A DNA stretch of 64,000 bases from Saccostrea cucullata (taxonomy: Eukaryota). The notes under the pieces were generated by a model. That model was not told the DNA's origin and did not search any database. It was given only the letters and a program-made list of their open reading frames with translations. Positions 1-12,124 of this stretch are shown here, piece by piece. The DNA lies in NCBI RefSeq assembly GCF_032062105.1, contig NW_026922866.1, positions 62,001-126,000 on the forward strand, read 5' to 3'. The translations under genes and the position numbers were made by a program. Within the stretch, counting starts at the first letter, position 1. Every line of letters begins with the position of its first letter.

Positions 1-347
1 AATTATTTCTTTAATTGTGGATCTTGTTCTGTTCTTTAGAAATGATTTTATTGCTTTGACAATGACAGAAGTGGCTTGGTTAACAGGGTAGCCAAATATG
101 CCGGTACATAATCCAGGTATTGCAATCGAGTTATAGCCCCTTGTTTCTGTTTCTGTCAATGCCGATTCAACACAGTCCGTAAGGCGCTCACGCTCTAGAT
201 TCATTCCATTTCTCCAAGTGGGTCCACAGGCATGAACAATCATTTCGCAGGCCAGTTTCCCTGCTATTGAGCAGAAAGTGTCTCCTTCAGACAGCTTTCC
301 ATTTCTTCTAACGTGGTCTGAACATTCGTTTTGAATGCCATTACCAC
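1..347 (-). CDS. PARP14: PARP14-like gene, exon encoding C-terminal part of macrodomain 1 (continues beyond window start)
   Basis: Acceptor ttttag|GT at 347. Hand translation is GGNGIQNEC...IVHACGPTW...SIAIPGLCTGIFGYP (macrodomain motifs), in phase with the 2528 donor. Missing from the ORF track because it runs off the edge. Confidence 0.85.
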
Positions 348-669
348 CTAAAAGGAAAGCAAAGTGGATTTATTCTAATATTCAACAAAAGTAATCACTT
401 GATTGCTTTGAGGTTTGTTTTTAAAAGCAAGGACAGTTTTAGACCTTTTTGGCCCTGTGTTTTTTTTTTCAAGAATCGAAACTGCTCAGTTTTGGTTTAA
501 AATGAAGTGTTTTTCACTTGAACCCTTGGTAGTTGTGTTTCTATTGAATACGTCGTATGCTTTTCTCAAGTCAATTGATCATGACGTCATAAACTGCGTT
601 CTGTTCCCAGATTCCAGATTTTAAAATGTCCAAACGTTAAAGTATATTTTTTATATTTTACTTTTTATA

Positions 670-1135
670 TTACTCATATTCTGTGGCCTTCAATATTTAG
701 ATATATCGACGACATGCTGTCAATTAACAATGGTTATTTTCTATATCGATACGATATATCCTGGCTAGCTTGAGACAAACGATACCATAGAGTCTGATAA
801 ATCTGTTTTATATTTGGAAATACTTGAAAAAGGACGTTAAAAGGACGTTAATGGTAATATAACAATAGAGCTTTATGATAAAAGAAATGACTTTAACATT
901 ACAGTCGGCAATTTCCCGTACTTACAGCAGCATGTCTTCATCATCTGCATATGGAGTTTATATCTCTCAGTTAATTCAATACGCAAGAGCATGCTCTACT
1001 ACATGTACAATTACTAAAATAAGGTAAATTATAGACAAACAGGCTGTCAAAAAAAGAATATCAGCACTCTCGTTTAAAGTCATCATTTCGGAAAATCTTG
1101 GCCGATACAATGACCTTGTCAGCGAACTTTGAAGA
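670..1135 (+). mobile_element. Degenerate Penelope-like retroelement RT fragment
   Basis: Broken frames read FRYIDDML ... LYDKRNDFN ... NFPYL ... AYGVYISQLIQYARACS, typical of the C-terminal PLE RT region. Confidence 0.75.
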
Positions 1136-2527
1136 GAAACTTGTACCGCGCCATAAAGCGCTTGCGGAGAAAAGGTAACGTCATATTTCACCTGTACTAT
1201 TACCTATTTCAAACGCAAAATCACGCATATACCGTTTCTCGCAATCATGCATTTTTCACGCACTTTCAAAAGTACTTTTAAGTGTATGTTGTGTCACAGA
1301 TCAGTAAGTTGTAAAGATATACAAGACGTTTTAGCTCTTAAATTGCTCGTTATCATCACATATTTCCCTCATACATGTATTTCGTATATTGATATCACTC
1401 ACATTTTAATTTGTCGTATTCGTCAAAACTTATGCATTTAAAACAAAGCCTGTTTTCAAATATTTGAATTCTCAAAAATAAATTTTCTTGGAAATGAAAG
1501 CAATAAGTCTCTCCTTTATTTTGCTGTAAAAAATTGAACAGTGAATTATAGATAAGTAATTGATTTCGATACTGGCCAATTCCAGACCTAGATCATTTAA
1601 CGTCACTTACGGTTTGGTAAATGACCTAACATTGTTTTATTTCTTCCAATGTGTGAGAAGTGCTGGCCAGGGCAGGACATCAAAATTCTGCTGGGGAATA
1701 AAGTTTCTGACAACACAGACAACATGCAGTCTGGTGTTTTCCAGTTACAGGTTATACGGAATTTGTTTGAACGGTATCGCATAACGTTGATTTATTTCAT
1801 CCTTTAGCGCGCAAATTCGTGTACCTTTTAGGTTTTTTTTTATTGTCAGTAAGCTGGTAAGGGAATTCTGTGACTATTGCTTGCTGAAATTCGACCCTTA
1901 GCCCATTGCGCTACCGCTTCCAAACTGTTGACGTTGCACTACAAGATCCGATTAATACTACCAATATTCGAGAAAAACACATCAGCGACTAGTGCTGATG
2001 ACCAATTAAATTTTTGATTAATCAGTGAACGAAACATGTCTTAAAATGTCTTGCCTTGTATTGAAATTGGTACCTTAGTTAACTCCGACATTACCTCGGA
2101 GCAGTATTGACCGTACATGTATCGCAGGACGTCTAGTTCTGATGTTAAATTCGCACAAAGCGATTATGTACAGTTCTTGTATTTATGCACTTGAAATGCT
2201 ACAGAGAGAGAGAGAGAGAGAGAGGAGATGGTCTGAAAGATTTTTATTTCCGCTAAGTATTGTATGTAGGGGCGATTAATATTTTCTGAACTTGATCTAT
2301 AAAATAATGTCATGTTATCAAGTTACATTATCTTTGTTGACTAAAGGTGCATCCTTACATTTACACATGTTTATGCATTTAGACAGTTTTTAACTTAGGT
2401 GACATTGTAGAATTACACGCCTTATAGAAACAATCATAATTTTGATGTTTTTGAAAAGAGTTCATATTTTAATATTTCAAATGACTGTGAATTAAACTCC
2501 TACCTTTTTAAAATAGTATAAATGTAC

Positions 2528-4276
2528 CTTTCTCAACAATGACCCCCGCAAGTCCACCCTGATGATAAAGTTCTTGGTTGGCAGCATTAACAATCACGTG
2601 GACACGAAGAGCAGTCAAATCACCAGATTTAACTTTTATACTAACACCAGCTTTAGTTATATATTCGGTCATATTTTTATTTGAGGTTTGGCCCCGTTTT
2701 ATACCCGATTCTGAAGAAGTACTCAAAAAATTTGACAAATCTGTCGATCCTTCATCGCCAATTTGAATGTAGCAGGTGTGATGTTTTTCAACTTCAGAAA
2801 TTTTTATTTTGCCGGTCGAACTTTTTAAATGTTTGGCAATTCCTGGTTTCTCAATTTTTTGTTTTTTCCATTGGATCCCATTTAAGATATCCTCTATTTT
2901 TTTCTTAGCTTGGTTCAGTCCCTTTTGGGTCCCTTTAATATCGATTTTATTATTATTTTTCTTTATTTGGACTTGCTGTTCTTTCAAACTTTCAGAAATC
3001 CGTTCAAATTTGCCTCCATGGTGTAGCTCCAAAAATTTAGAAAGACTTGGAGGAATTTCCATTGTATAACTCTTAATAGTATTGTCATGAAGAAAGTCTT
3101 CTATCAGTTCTCTTGCACGGCCCACGTATTCATTCATCGATACAATAATAACTTGTCTTTGTTCTGCTATTGTTATAATCTGGAGAAGGCCCTCGAAATC
3201 TTGTGTACATTCGATGCTTTTTGTTTGTTTCTCCCATTTATCTGTATTTAAAAGATAGACAGAGTCTGGGTTTACATCGATGGGGGACTCTGCAATGCTT
3301 TCCTTTACTGCATGTGCTGCTTCAACAGCTTTATCATCAGAGAAGGCATAACAAATCACCTCCTCTCTCTGTAAAACAAAACAGCTCATATTTCCCTTTT
3401 CTTTCAGTTCCTTTGAAATTCTGGCACTGACTTCCTCTCTGCTTAAAAAAACTTGTCTGTTTTTTGAAAACTTTCCCGCAGAAGCCTGACATATTTGTTG
3501 GCATTTTTCAAAGACTAATAATTTTGCGTGATTGACATCTGAACATTGTCCTTCAAATGTGATAGTTTTTTCCGGGATATCGAAAGTAACTTCTACATTT
3601 GGGAATTTTCTTTCTGTTGCTTCTTTGAAATTATCATCACGAAGTAACAGAAGCTGATAGTGCTTCAATTGCACCCTCTCCTTTACTTGTTGTTTCCTTC
3701 TCTCTAACTCACCTACTACTTTAGATATGATTAGCGTAACATTTTCTCTTAATTCAGCAACCTGATTTTCATAGCCCACGATAACAATAGTGTTATTGTT
3801 CTTTTCTATAACAATTCCTACTTTCTTGGGATCAGGAACATTCAATTTTTGAATTTCTTCTAAGGTTGTCTGCCACGCTTCCTGCAAGACATTCATGACC
3901 TCTACATGTAGATTTTCCAGCAATTTTTTAATGACATCAATCATGTGCTCCTTCCATGTTTTAGCCAATTTTCGACAATCTTTTGTATCTTTCCTTAAAG
4001 TACATTCTACTGTTAATTCTGTGGCTGCTTTGTTTGACCACTTTATTTTACCATATGCCAATTCTGCTTGCTCATTAAAAACCTCTTTATTTTCCTCAGA
4101 ACTGTGCACAAATTTCATCTTTCTTAATTCAAGGTTTCTCACTACCACTGGATCAACCGGCTTGAACTTTGGTCCCTCTTCAGGATTAAATGATTGTCCC
4201 AAGCATTCATGATATGTATGTACAGTCAATTCATTCTTATCAAGTTTATGACTTCTCTGGCAAACTCTGTCGCACA
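2528..4276 (-). CDS. PARP14: PARP14-like gene, large exon (KH-like region and start of macrodomain 1)
   Basis: ORF 2508-4277 trimmed to acceptor cctag| (4276) and donor |gtacat (2528). Ends with GDLT...VIVNAANQELYHQGGLAGVI (macrodomain N-terminus). Confidence 0.85.
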
Positions 4277-7200
4277 CTAGGAATGAAAAGAATGGATAAT
4301 CAATTCTTCATTTTTACAATGCAAGTGAACTCTTAAAACTAATATTTGAATTTTCTTCCTGTCGATTTGTTTTGGACCCTTGACACTTCCAAAATACAAA
4401 TTATATATTTTTTTTCAGCAAATATGTGCAAAATTGGCAAAAATATAATCACCAAAATCAACCCGACACAAGATAATTTTATTTTCTCTGTACATTAATT
4501 GCCCGAAATCATTCTTAGTTTTCAAAAACGAATATTTTTACTCAGCATTAACAAACCATCCTGCTGTATATACGAGTGGTTATCAAAAAGTTCGTGGGCT
4601 GAGGCTATAAAATTAGTACTTTGTAGTCTGTGCTTTCAAAATTTATATGGAAGATAAAACAACAGAAAATTAAGGAATGTTGAAAATTTTAGCCTGATAC
4701 GTTCATTATTTGCCAAATTATTCTAAATTGAAAACAACATTATATGATCACCCGGCGCTGTCGTCGTTTATTTTCATGACGTCCGATAACGTCATTGTTT
4801 TTTCATTGTCCGCTTCTTCTACCTCATACACTTTTTTAATGAGATTCCCTGAATAAAGACTTAAACCCGGATTGTTTATATGCTTTACAAAGTCATGAAC
4901 AGTACCTTAAGTGGCCTTAAATGAATATAATATTCCAAATAAATTAATACATTGGTAGAGATCTGCCGGCATATTTTGCTTTTGGGAGTTCAATATCTAC
5001 AACACATGATCAACGTCGTTTTTTGACGTGATTGATTTTTCACACCTTGACTGCAAATCGACATTAACTGTGTATCCCTCTTCTCTCTGAATCTATTTTG
5101 ACATTAAAAGACAAATACTCTGGATGAATATTATTTCTCTGTAGCCAGTTTTAAGATATTTTCGGTCTATACCAGTATTTTCTGTGGCAAAACTTCCTAG
5201 AATGTTGGAAACGGAAACCCCTTCCCCCTTTTGACGTCACTTTCAAGGCCTCAATTGTTTGGACATTCCGTGTAAAATCTACGATAAAATTTCGTACAAT
5301 TTCCAGAATGAAGTGAAAATTTCATATTTTATGGAACAATTCACCCCTACTAATGTGTTCGGAACCTTTTATTTTTCGGTGTTCTGCAAATAATAAGACC
5401 CGATGAGTTCAGAGTAGCTCTGGCAGTGGCTCTGGCGAGAGTTATCGAGACTTCAGTGAGATAGGGTAAATTATTCACGGAAATGTGGCCAGGAAGTGAC
5501 TAGCACGTGGAGACATGGTAAACAGAAAAGTTATGTTGCGTTTCAGTTTTTACCACCCTAGAATCAACTGATAATGTCTGTAGAAATGTACTTCAATCAA
5601 TCGATCTCTCTTACATTCATTCAAACTTAAATAAGTATTCTCTATAATGCAATTTTCTGCAGTCATGAATTAAAATTTCTTTTTGGGAAAATATTTTTGC
5701 ATGGGAACTGGGACTATATTTTTCGGCGTCAGATTAGCAAATGAGGCACCAGCATGATTTTAACTGACCAATCAGCTAAATGAGTATTGCATTATGGGTT
5801 ACTACGAATACTACAGGAAGTTTACGCTTGAAAAAAGGAAAATCTTATTGTAAATAAAAAAGCATTTTTTATGTTCATGCTCATAATGACAAACAATTCA
5901 TTTGTTCAATACACGGTGGAAGTCTAAGTTTCTGAAAGTCATACTGCAAAAGCGAATTGCGTCTGTATTAATTCCTTTGTTGTACTATCGGTGAATACAA
6001 TTGCCATGTGAATTCCCTGACCGAACACGTGATCATGAACGAAAACAAAGTTTTGTCCATTTGAATGCATAACAGATGCTGCTCGTTTTCCTTACCCTTG
6101 AAGCGCTGGGGCCCGTTTCACTAAAAGGCGTACGCCTGTCTTAACTCTACGACCGGCGTAAGTCCGGACTTACGTCTAACATTTGGACTAAGGTCCGTTT
6201 CACTAAAGGGCGTAACTTTGCGCCCGCCTTAAGTTAAGACAAAAATCTACGGCTGGTCTAAGGCAGGCGTAACTATAGACGTAAACATTGGATAATGGCG
6301 ACTTTCTGGCAGCTTCGCAGAAGAAGAAAGGAAACACCTCGGCGAGAACGCGTTTTTCGGGACCGAACCAACCCTCTCGAGTATCTTGATGATATAGATC
6401 TCGTAAGTAGGTATAGGTTCCCGGGAAGAGTCATTCGAAAACTGATAAATGATGTTGACCCTATTGTGAGGCGACCTACATACAAAAGTCATGCCATTCC
6501 CACCCACATTCAGGTACATGTATATGTGAATGCTTACTGTAGCATTGTATGCTTCTTAAATATCCACACATAAATAAATACTGACACATGGAATCACATG
6601 ATATGACAAATATAATGGGTTTTACAATGTACCTATTAATATAAATAAACTACATTTGCATACTTATTTATACATGTATATATAAAGATACACATAAACA
6701 TCTTACAGGTAATTATCACCTTAAGATATCTGTCAAAGGCAGACTTCTTTTCGGAAGTAGGCGACCTTCATGGCGTTTCCAGATCATCCGTATCCCGAGT
6801 AGTACATACAGGTTGTTATACTTCAATATTTTAACTTTAAAATGATGTCAATTCTATTTTTATTAAAAATTATTGCAGGCATGTAGCATCGTTGATGTGG
6901 AGATTTGACCCCTTGAATGTTTTAACATTTTGTCCCCTGCATTCACAAATGATAATAAAAGAAAAGTGAGCAAGTTAACACATCCCACACCCCTCCCCTC
7001 TTAATATTTGACAATATCATGCAAAATAAATGGCATGTTACACATTAAATACACACAAGTAATTCAAAATGAGGCATAATTCCAAAGTAATCGTTACATG
7101 TACTAAAACTCCGTGCAATTATTGAGTGTTTATTTTGTTCAGATAAAATGTACATAATAAAAAGTACCGGAATTCCCAGAAAAAAAGGAAGCGGAATTTC

Positions 7201-7978
7201 TTTGTAATATGCGCCTACACAATGTGTTCTCAATAACTGCAAAGTTTCACGAAATTAGTTTAAGCAGTTTCAGAAAAGTGACAATTGCAAGTACTATGGG
7301 GTATACTGATAATAATAATTATAATAGTAATATGTACATGTTTGCATACACTATCCTTCATGTTTCTACATGCCTGTAATACATTTAATCAGTTGTACAT
7401 TTCCTTTTCAAATATTCTTTATATATATCATTAAGGATTTTAACGCAGATTCATCATATTGTTATACAGTGTGCAGTGCAATAAATACAACAGTGGACAA
7501 CATTAAGTTTCCAGTTACTGCCAATGAATTACGCCATGTAAAATCTGAGTTCTATGACATTGCCAAATTTCCAAATTGCGTTGGTGCAGTCGATAGTACT
7601 CTATATCTAATACCAATTAAGGGCATGAGTGGTCCACAGGAGCCTGCTTTTGTATGCAGAAAAAACTTTCATGCCCTAAATATTCAGGCCGTAACAGATT
7701 CCAATATGAGGTATAAACGGTATTGATTAAAATATAAATACTAGCACATCATTTTTTTTGTAATAGAAATACCCTTGTATACGCCAAAACTTCAACAGGA
7801 GAAAATTAAAATATTTAATATAATGTCAAAAGGGTTTTATGAAATAGCAACCTTTGAAAATGTAAATGTTGTGAATTTTAAAATAACTTTATGGCACCAA
7901 ATATAACCAAACAAATATAACAAATATAAGAATGCTAATTGTTTGCTTACATATGCATAATTAAGGATAAAAAAAAAT

Positions 7979-8660
7979 TATATAAATATAGCCCTTTGAT
8001 GAGGTCAATCCATAGACATATCGACTTCACAGAAAAGCATATCGACCGAGCACGAAGTGCGAGGTCGATATGCTTTTCTGTGAAGTCGATATATCTATGG
8101 ATTGACCGAATTAAAGGGCTACATTTGTTATATTATTTTACATAGATTAACAAACAAATTATGAAAATAATTGGAAAAGTTTTCTCCCTTTAACAATTAG
8201 AGACTAGAGATCAAAATAAATTACACCGTTTAATGTAAATGCGTTTCCTTTATATTGATGGAGTGATTTAGACGATTTACTTATTCAGAATACTTCATTT
8301 ATTTGATTAAGTTTTGTATCAATATTTGACACACATATCGAATATGTTTTAATTAATATGAAGTAATCCTAATCCAATGCCTTCTTTTGTCTCATCAAAT
8401 ACAGAACATAGAAAAAAAGTTAGTAAAAGTTGAAATAAATATTTTTTTTTCTAGAAACGTCAAATCATACACTGTATTAGCTTTGATTGAATACAGTACT
8501 ATTTTGTTTCACGGAAATTATCTCCATTTTAAGAAACCTCAAGTCGATACGCATTTCAGATTCTATAAATAGTAACTCAAGTCTTTATGCTGTTATATAC
8601 TAAATCATGTGATCAAGTTTGAGCCAATCAGAGAGCCGGGAATAAATGATAAAAATAATA
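7979..8660. mobile_element. Non-coding hairpin (foldback) element in transposase intron 3
   Basis: ~70-bp-arm palindrome 7980-8130 centred on gcac-gaa-gtgc. The putative far end taaaaataata is complementary to the sequence just after the right arm. Confidence 0.6.
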
Positions 8661-9095
8661 TTATTTGATATTATTTCAGATTTCTTCAAATCAATACCTG
8701 TTTACCGGGGCAATTCACGACTCTTTCGTTTTGAGCAACTCGGGATTGTCAGATGTTATGGAACATCTCGAAGGGGGTGGGTGGTTACTTGGGGATTCTG
8801 GCTACCCTCTCAAGGAATGGCTCTTAACGCCATTCTTATCCCCAGCCAATCAACACGAAGTGAATTACAACGATGCCCATGGAAAGACTCGTGTTGTCAT
8901 AGAAAAATCGTTTGGGGTTTTGAAATCCACATTTAGGTAATTTAAACGCAATTTTTCGTTAAATATCTTTATATGTCATATTTGCAAGCAAATATTTTAT
9001 TTCAAACGTTCATTACGATAAACGCGACCTTACATTTTTTTATTTGAGAAAAAAATTATCTATTGCAACCATAAATAAACCTTTTTACAATTTTA

Positions 9096-9325
9096 TTGTG
9101 AATTCATTTAAAATTCTGAGGGCCAATTTTCTTAGATTGTGGGTTTTTTGGTTATTTGTGGAGATGTAATTTCGAGTATGGGTTTTCAGATTCAGTAACA
9201 AAGATATCTCTTTCTAAATTTCCTATGAAGATGTAAATTCGTGTGGTTTGGGGGGGGGGGGGGGGGGGGCTACCAACGAATATCACGAAAATTGAGCCAC
9301 CACGAATTCTAATGATTCCACAGTA
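9096..9325. mobile_element. Small TA-flanked MITE in transposase intron 4
   Basis: Degenerate ends tattgtgaattcattt / aatgattccacagta. Resembles the MITE at 49969-51472. Confidence 0.5.
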
Positions 9326-9628
9326 TTTACATTCAAGTAAATCTTTGCAGGTGTTTACATCGAACTGGAGGAGTACTCCCCTTTTCACCAAGTAGATGTT
9401 CTCAAATTATTCAATGCTGTATCCGGCTTAATAATTTAGCTGTTTCAGAGAAAGTCCCCTTACTTGAGGGTGGGGTTGTACAGAACATCAATGACAATGC
9501 CGTGTTTAACGCAAACGCACCAAGGAGAGCACAGGATGTGCGCATTCAAGTTGCAAATTTATTTTAACAATTCATCTATTCATTAAATCACACACTTACA
9601 TTGTAATAAAGAACATGACTACTATATC

Positions 9629-9855
9629 ATTTATGTAAACCCACTGACAATAGTTTAACTCTGTTTGATATGAAGAAACAAAATTAAGATTAAGTGAATT
9701 GAAAAATGCCATTTATTTACATTATAAATGACTGTATGAAAAAACACAAAATATCATGCATATAAACATATAATGCAGAACCAGAAAAATTGAACAATTG
9801 AAAATATAATCAATTTTGTTTCAATAGATATCAAAGGTGGGGTATAAAAATTCGC
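9629..9855. repeat. Split direct repeat B2 (227 bp; copy B1 at 10262-10488)
   Basis: Apparently identical direct repeat atttatgtaaaccc...aaattcgc. Confidence 0.95.
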
Positions 9856-10005
9856 AAACACCACAATCGTACATATTTTTAGCAAATTAAAACATAAACA
9901 TAAAAAACTATTCTAAAAGAATATGTATCATACAAAACCAATCAAAGATAACTATGCTGACACGGCAATAATTACAGATGGTGTTGGGGCGGGACGGAGG
10001 GCAAT

Positions 10006-10265
10006 TAAAATTACAGCAGAATTTTTGTTTGCGCGTTCACTGACAAGGTTCTGTGAGGGAATGGTGAAAGGCGTGAGAACCCGCGCGCATATCTTAGCAT
10101 CCGACGGCCGAGAATATAAATCATACCAATTTACAGAAAGATCTTCGAGAATTGCTTTAATCTAACGGATAAGAAATTTTGCGATTAAGAAACTTAATTG
10201 CTAGCATGGGTCTGCCGTGTCAGATGTTTTACATAAATTAATTTAAGGATGTAAATTAAATATTT
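10006..10265. repeat. Split direct repeat A2 (260 bp; copy A1 at 19892-20151)
   Basis: Apparently identical direct repeat taaaattacagcag...attaaatattt. Confidence 0.95.
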
Positions 10266-10787
10266 ATGTAAACCCACTGACAATAGTTTAACTCTGTTTG
10301 ATATGAAGAAACAAAATTAAGATTAAGTGAATTGAAAAATGCCATTTATTTACATTATAAATGACTGTATGAAAAAACACAAAATATCATGCATATAAAC
10401 ATATAATGCAGAACCAGAAAAATTGAACAATTGAAAATATAATCAATTTTGTTTCAATAGATATCAAAGGTGGGGTATAAAAATTCGCCACATTATTGTG
10501 TTTACATAAACGCAATAAACCCCATCCTTAAACTATTGTCTTCTAATGAAATGTTAATATTAATGCACAAACATAAATACCACACAGTTTCTTCAAAGAT
10601 GGTCAAGATACTCCTTTATAAGTGATAGAAGGATCTAGTTCAAGCTCCATTAACCAGCAGTGTCCATAATACGTTATAATTAAGTTCACGATCCTCTGTC
10701 ATATTTCATCAAAGTTTCTAACATCACTATTACAGCCAACCGGAATAAACAAACATATTATACATTATATAAACACAACCAGGCGAA

Positions 10788-11178
10788 TAAGTCAGAGGCC
10801 CATGTCCCCGTGACTTAATGTCGAAGAAAAATGAACGCAGTTGTACCTCCATTAGGTTAAGTCAGAGGCCCTTGTCCCCATGACTTACGTGTAAGTTCGA
10901 AAAATCAAAACAGTCCATCCTTTATTTGTAAGGTTAAGTCAGAGGCCCCTGTCCCCATGACTCAAGTTTGAAAATCAAAACATTCCATGCTATATTTATA
11001 AGGTTAAGTCAGAGGCCCATGTCCCCATGACCTAGGTTTAAAATTCAAAACAGTCCATGCTATAAAGGGAAATTAAATATAAATCTGGAAACTTATATTC
11101 GCTATGTCCAAAAACCAGCTGATCGTAGTATGTGTTGATATTTAGTGCATAATCAGAGGCCCCTGTCCCCATGATTAT
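10788..11178. repeat. Array of five 30-bp palindromic motifs downstream of YR
   Basis: taagtcagaggcccNtgtccccRtgactta at 10788, 10858, 10935 and 11005, with a variant ataatca..tgattat at ~11149. Confidence 0.9.
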
Positions 11179-11196
11179 ACTTACTGCAGAAAATAT

Positions 11197-12104
11197 TTAG
11201 ATTTTCAAAACAGGTATGCGTATGTATTTCTTGTATGCGTCGGAATGCCATCGTCCCATCTGTTTAATCTTTTCATCTGAAATACCCATTTCGGCCGCTG
11301 ACGTTGCCGCACCAATTCGAAAACTATGAGTTTTATAGAGTTTAGAATCGAGACCCGACCACTTTAAAGACATTTGTAGAAAGTTTGTAAATTGTTGCCT
11401 TTGGATTCCATGACCATCAGGGTAAGAAAAAGGGGACCCATGACTTGACCCCTTAGTGTAATAAATGACAATAGTGCTTGCACTGGACAGAGCCCTTCAT
11501 CGGAATTACTAGCCTGTAGAAACAAGGTGGGAATATGTCGGCCAGAACTGTGCTTGAAAGAATCAGGTCTTATTTCTAGGCCTTCTAGTGTGTTTGATTC
11601 GTCTCGAACAAGCTTAACATTTTCCAGTAGCAAAACATTACCTCTGTGATGTCGAGATGTGATAGTTATTTCCCCCACTCTTAAGAAGGCATGGAAGGCC
11701 AACAAATACATTGATTTTAGCATGCTGCGCTGGTAAAATGAGATACTTAAATGATCAATCGAGTCAACTAAATTTCTTAGAATAGACGGTGTTATAGGCA
11801 GCCTCGTATTCCCGGTACCTGGTTTTAACTTTTCATACCCTTGTAGCATTTTGCGAATTACAAAAAGCTGTGTTACGTCTTGATAGCCCTTTAATTTAAA
11901 TATATATCCTAGAGCTGATAGATAACTTTTCAAGGTCGACGTCGCCATGTTGGATTGAAAACAAAAGGCTACAAAAAGTGCGACATGTTGAGATGATGGT
12001 GGTAAGATGGGGACGTTTGGATATTGGTTGAACATGAAGGACTTATAACATGTAAAAGCTCTATCGTATGATGACCTAGAAGCTTTAGAAAGTGAACTCT
12101 GCAA
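11197..12104 (-). pseudogene. Tyrosine recombinase of the Ngaro element (1 frameshift near 11429)
   Basis: AFHAFLRVGEI, LCPVQAL; after the frameshift, HSFRIGAA...MGRWHSDAYKKYIR (R-H-R-W-Y catalytic set). Confidence 0.92.
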
Positions 12105-12124
12105 AATGAAGTCTGCTAGGTTCT

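Larger units (their letters stand above)
6295..9567 (+). pseudogene. Harbinger DDE transposase (HARBI1-like), 5 exons: 6295-6513, 6709-6811, 7470-7710, 8680-8936, 9351-9567
   Basis: GT-AG exons join to give YRFP, TLRYL..GDLHGVSRSSVSR (HTH), FPNCVGAVD, CRKNFHALNIQ, HDS, LLGDSGYP, YNDAH..TRVVIEKSFGVLK..FRCL. One apparent frameshift in a G-run near 8708. Confidence 0.88.

Noticed and set aside
1990-2045. Hammerhead-like ctgatga...gaaacatgtc
   Set aside because: No convincing stem I or stem II pairing; at best a degenerate relic
9923-10165. 80-aa ORF duplicated at 19827-20051
   Set aside because: Antisense reading of repeat A; identity is explained by the DNA repeat
10788-11178. CRISPR-like appearance (30-bp palindromic repeats with ~40-bp spacers)
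   Set aside because: Eukaryotic retroelement context, no cas genes, and spacers 2-4 are homologous to each other
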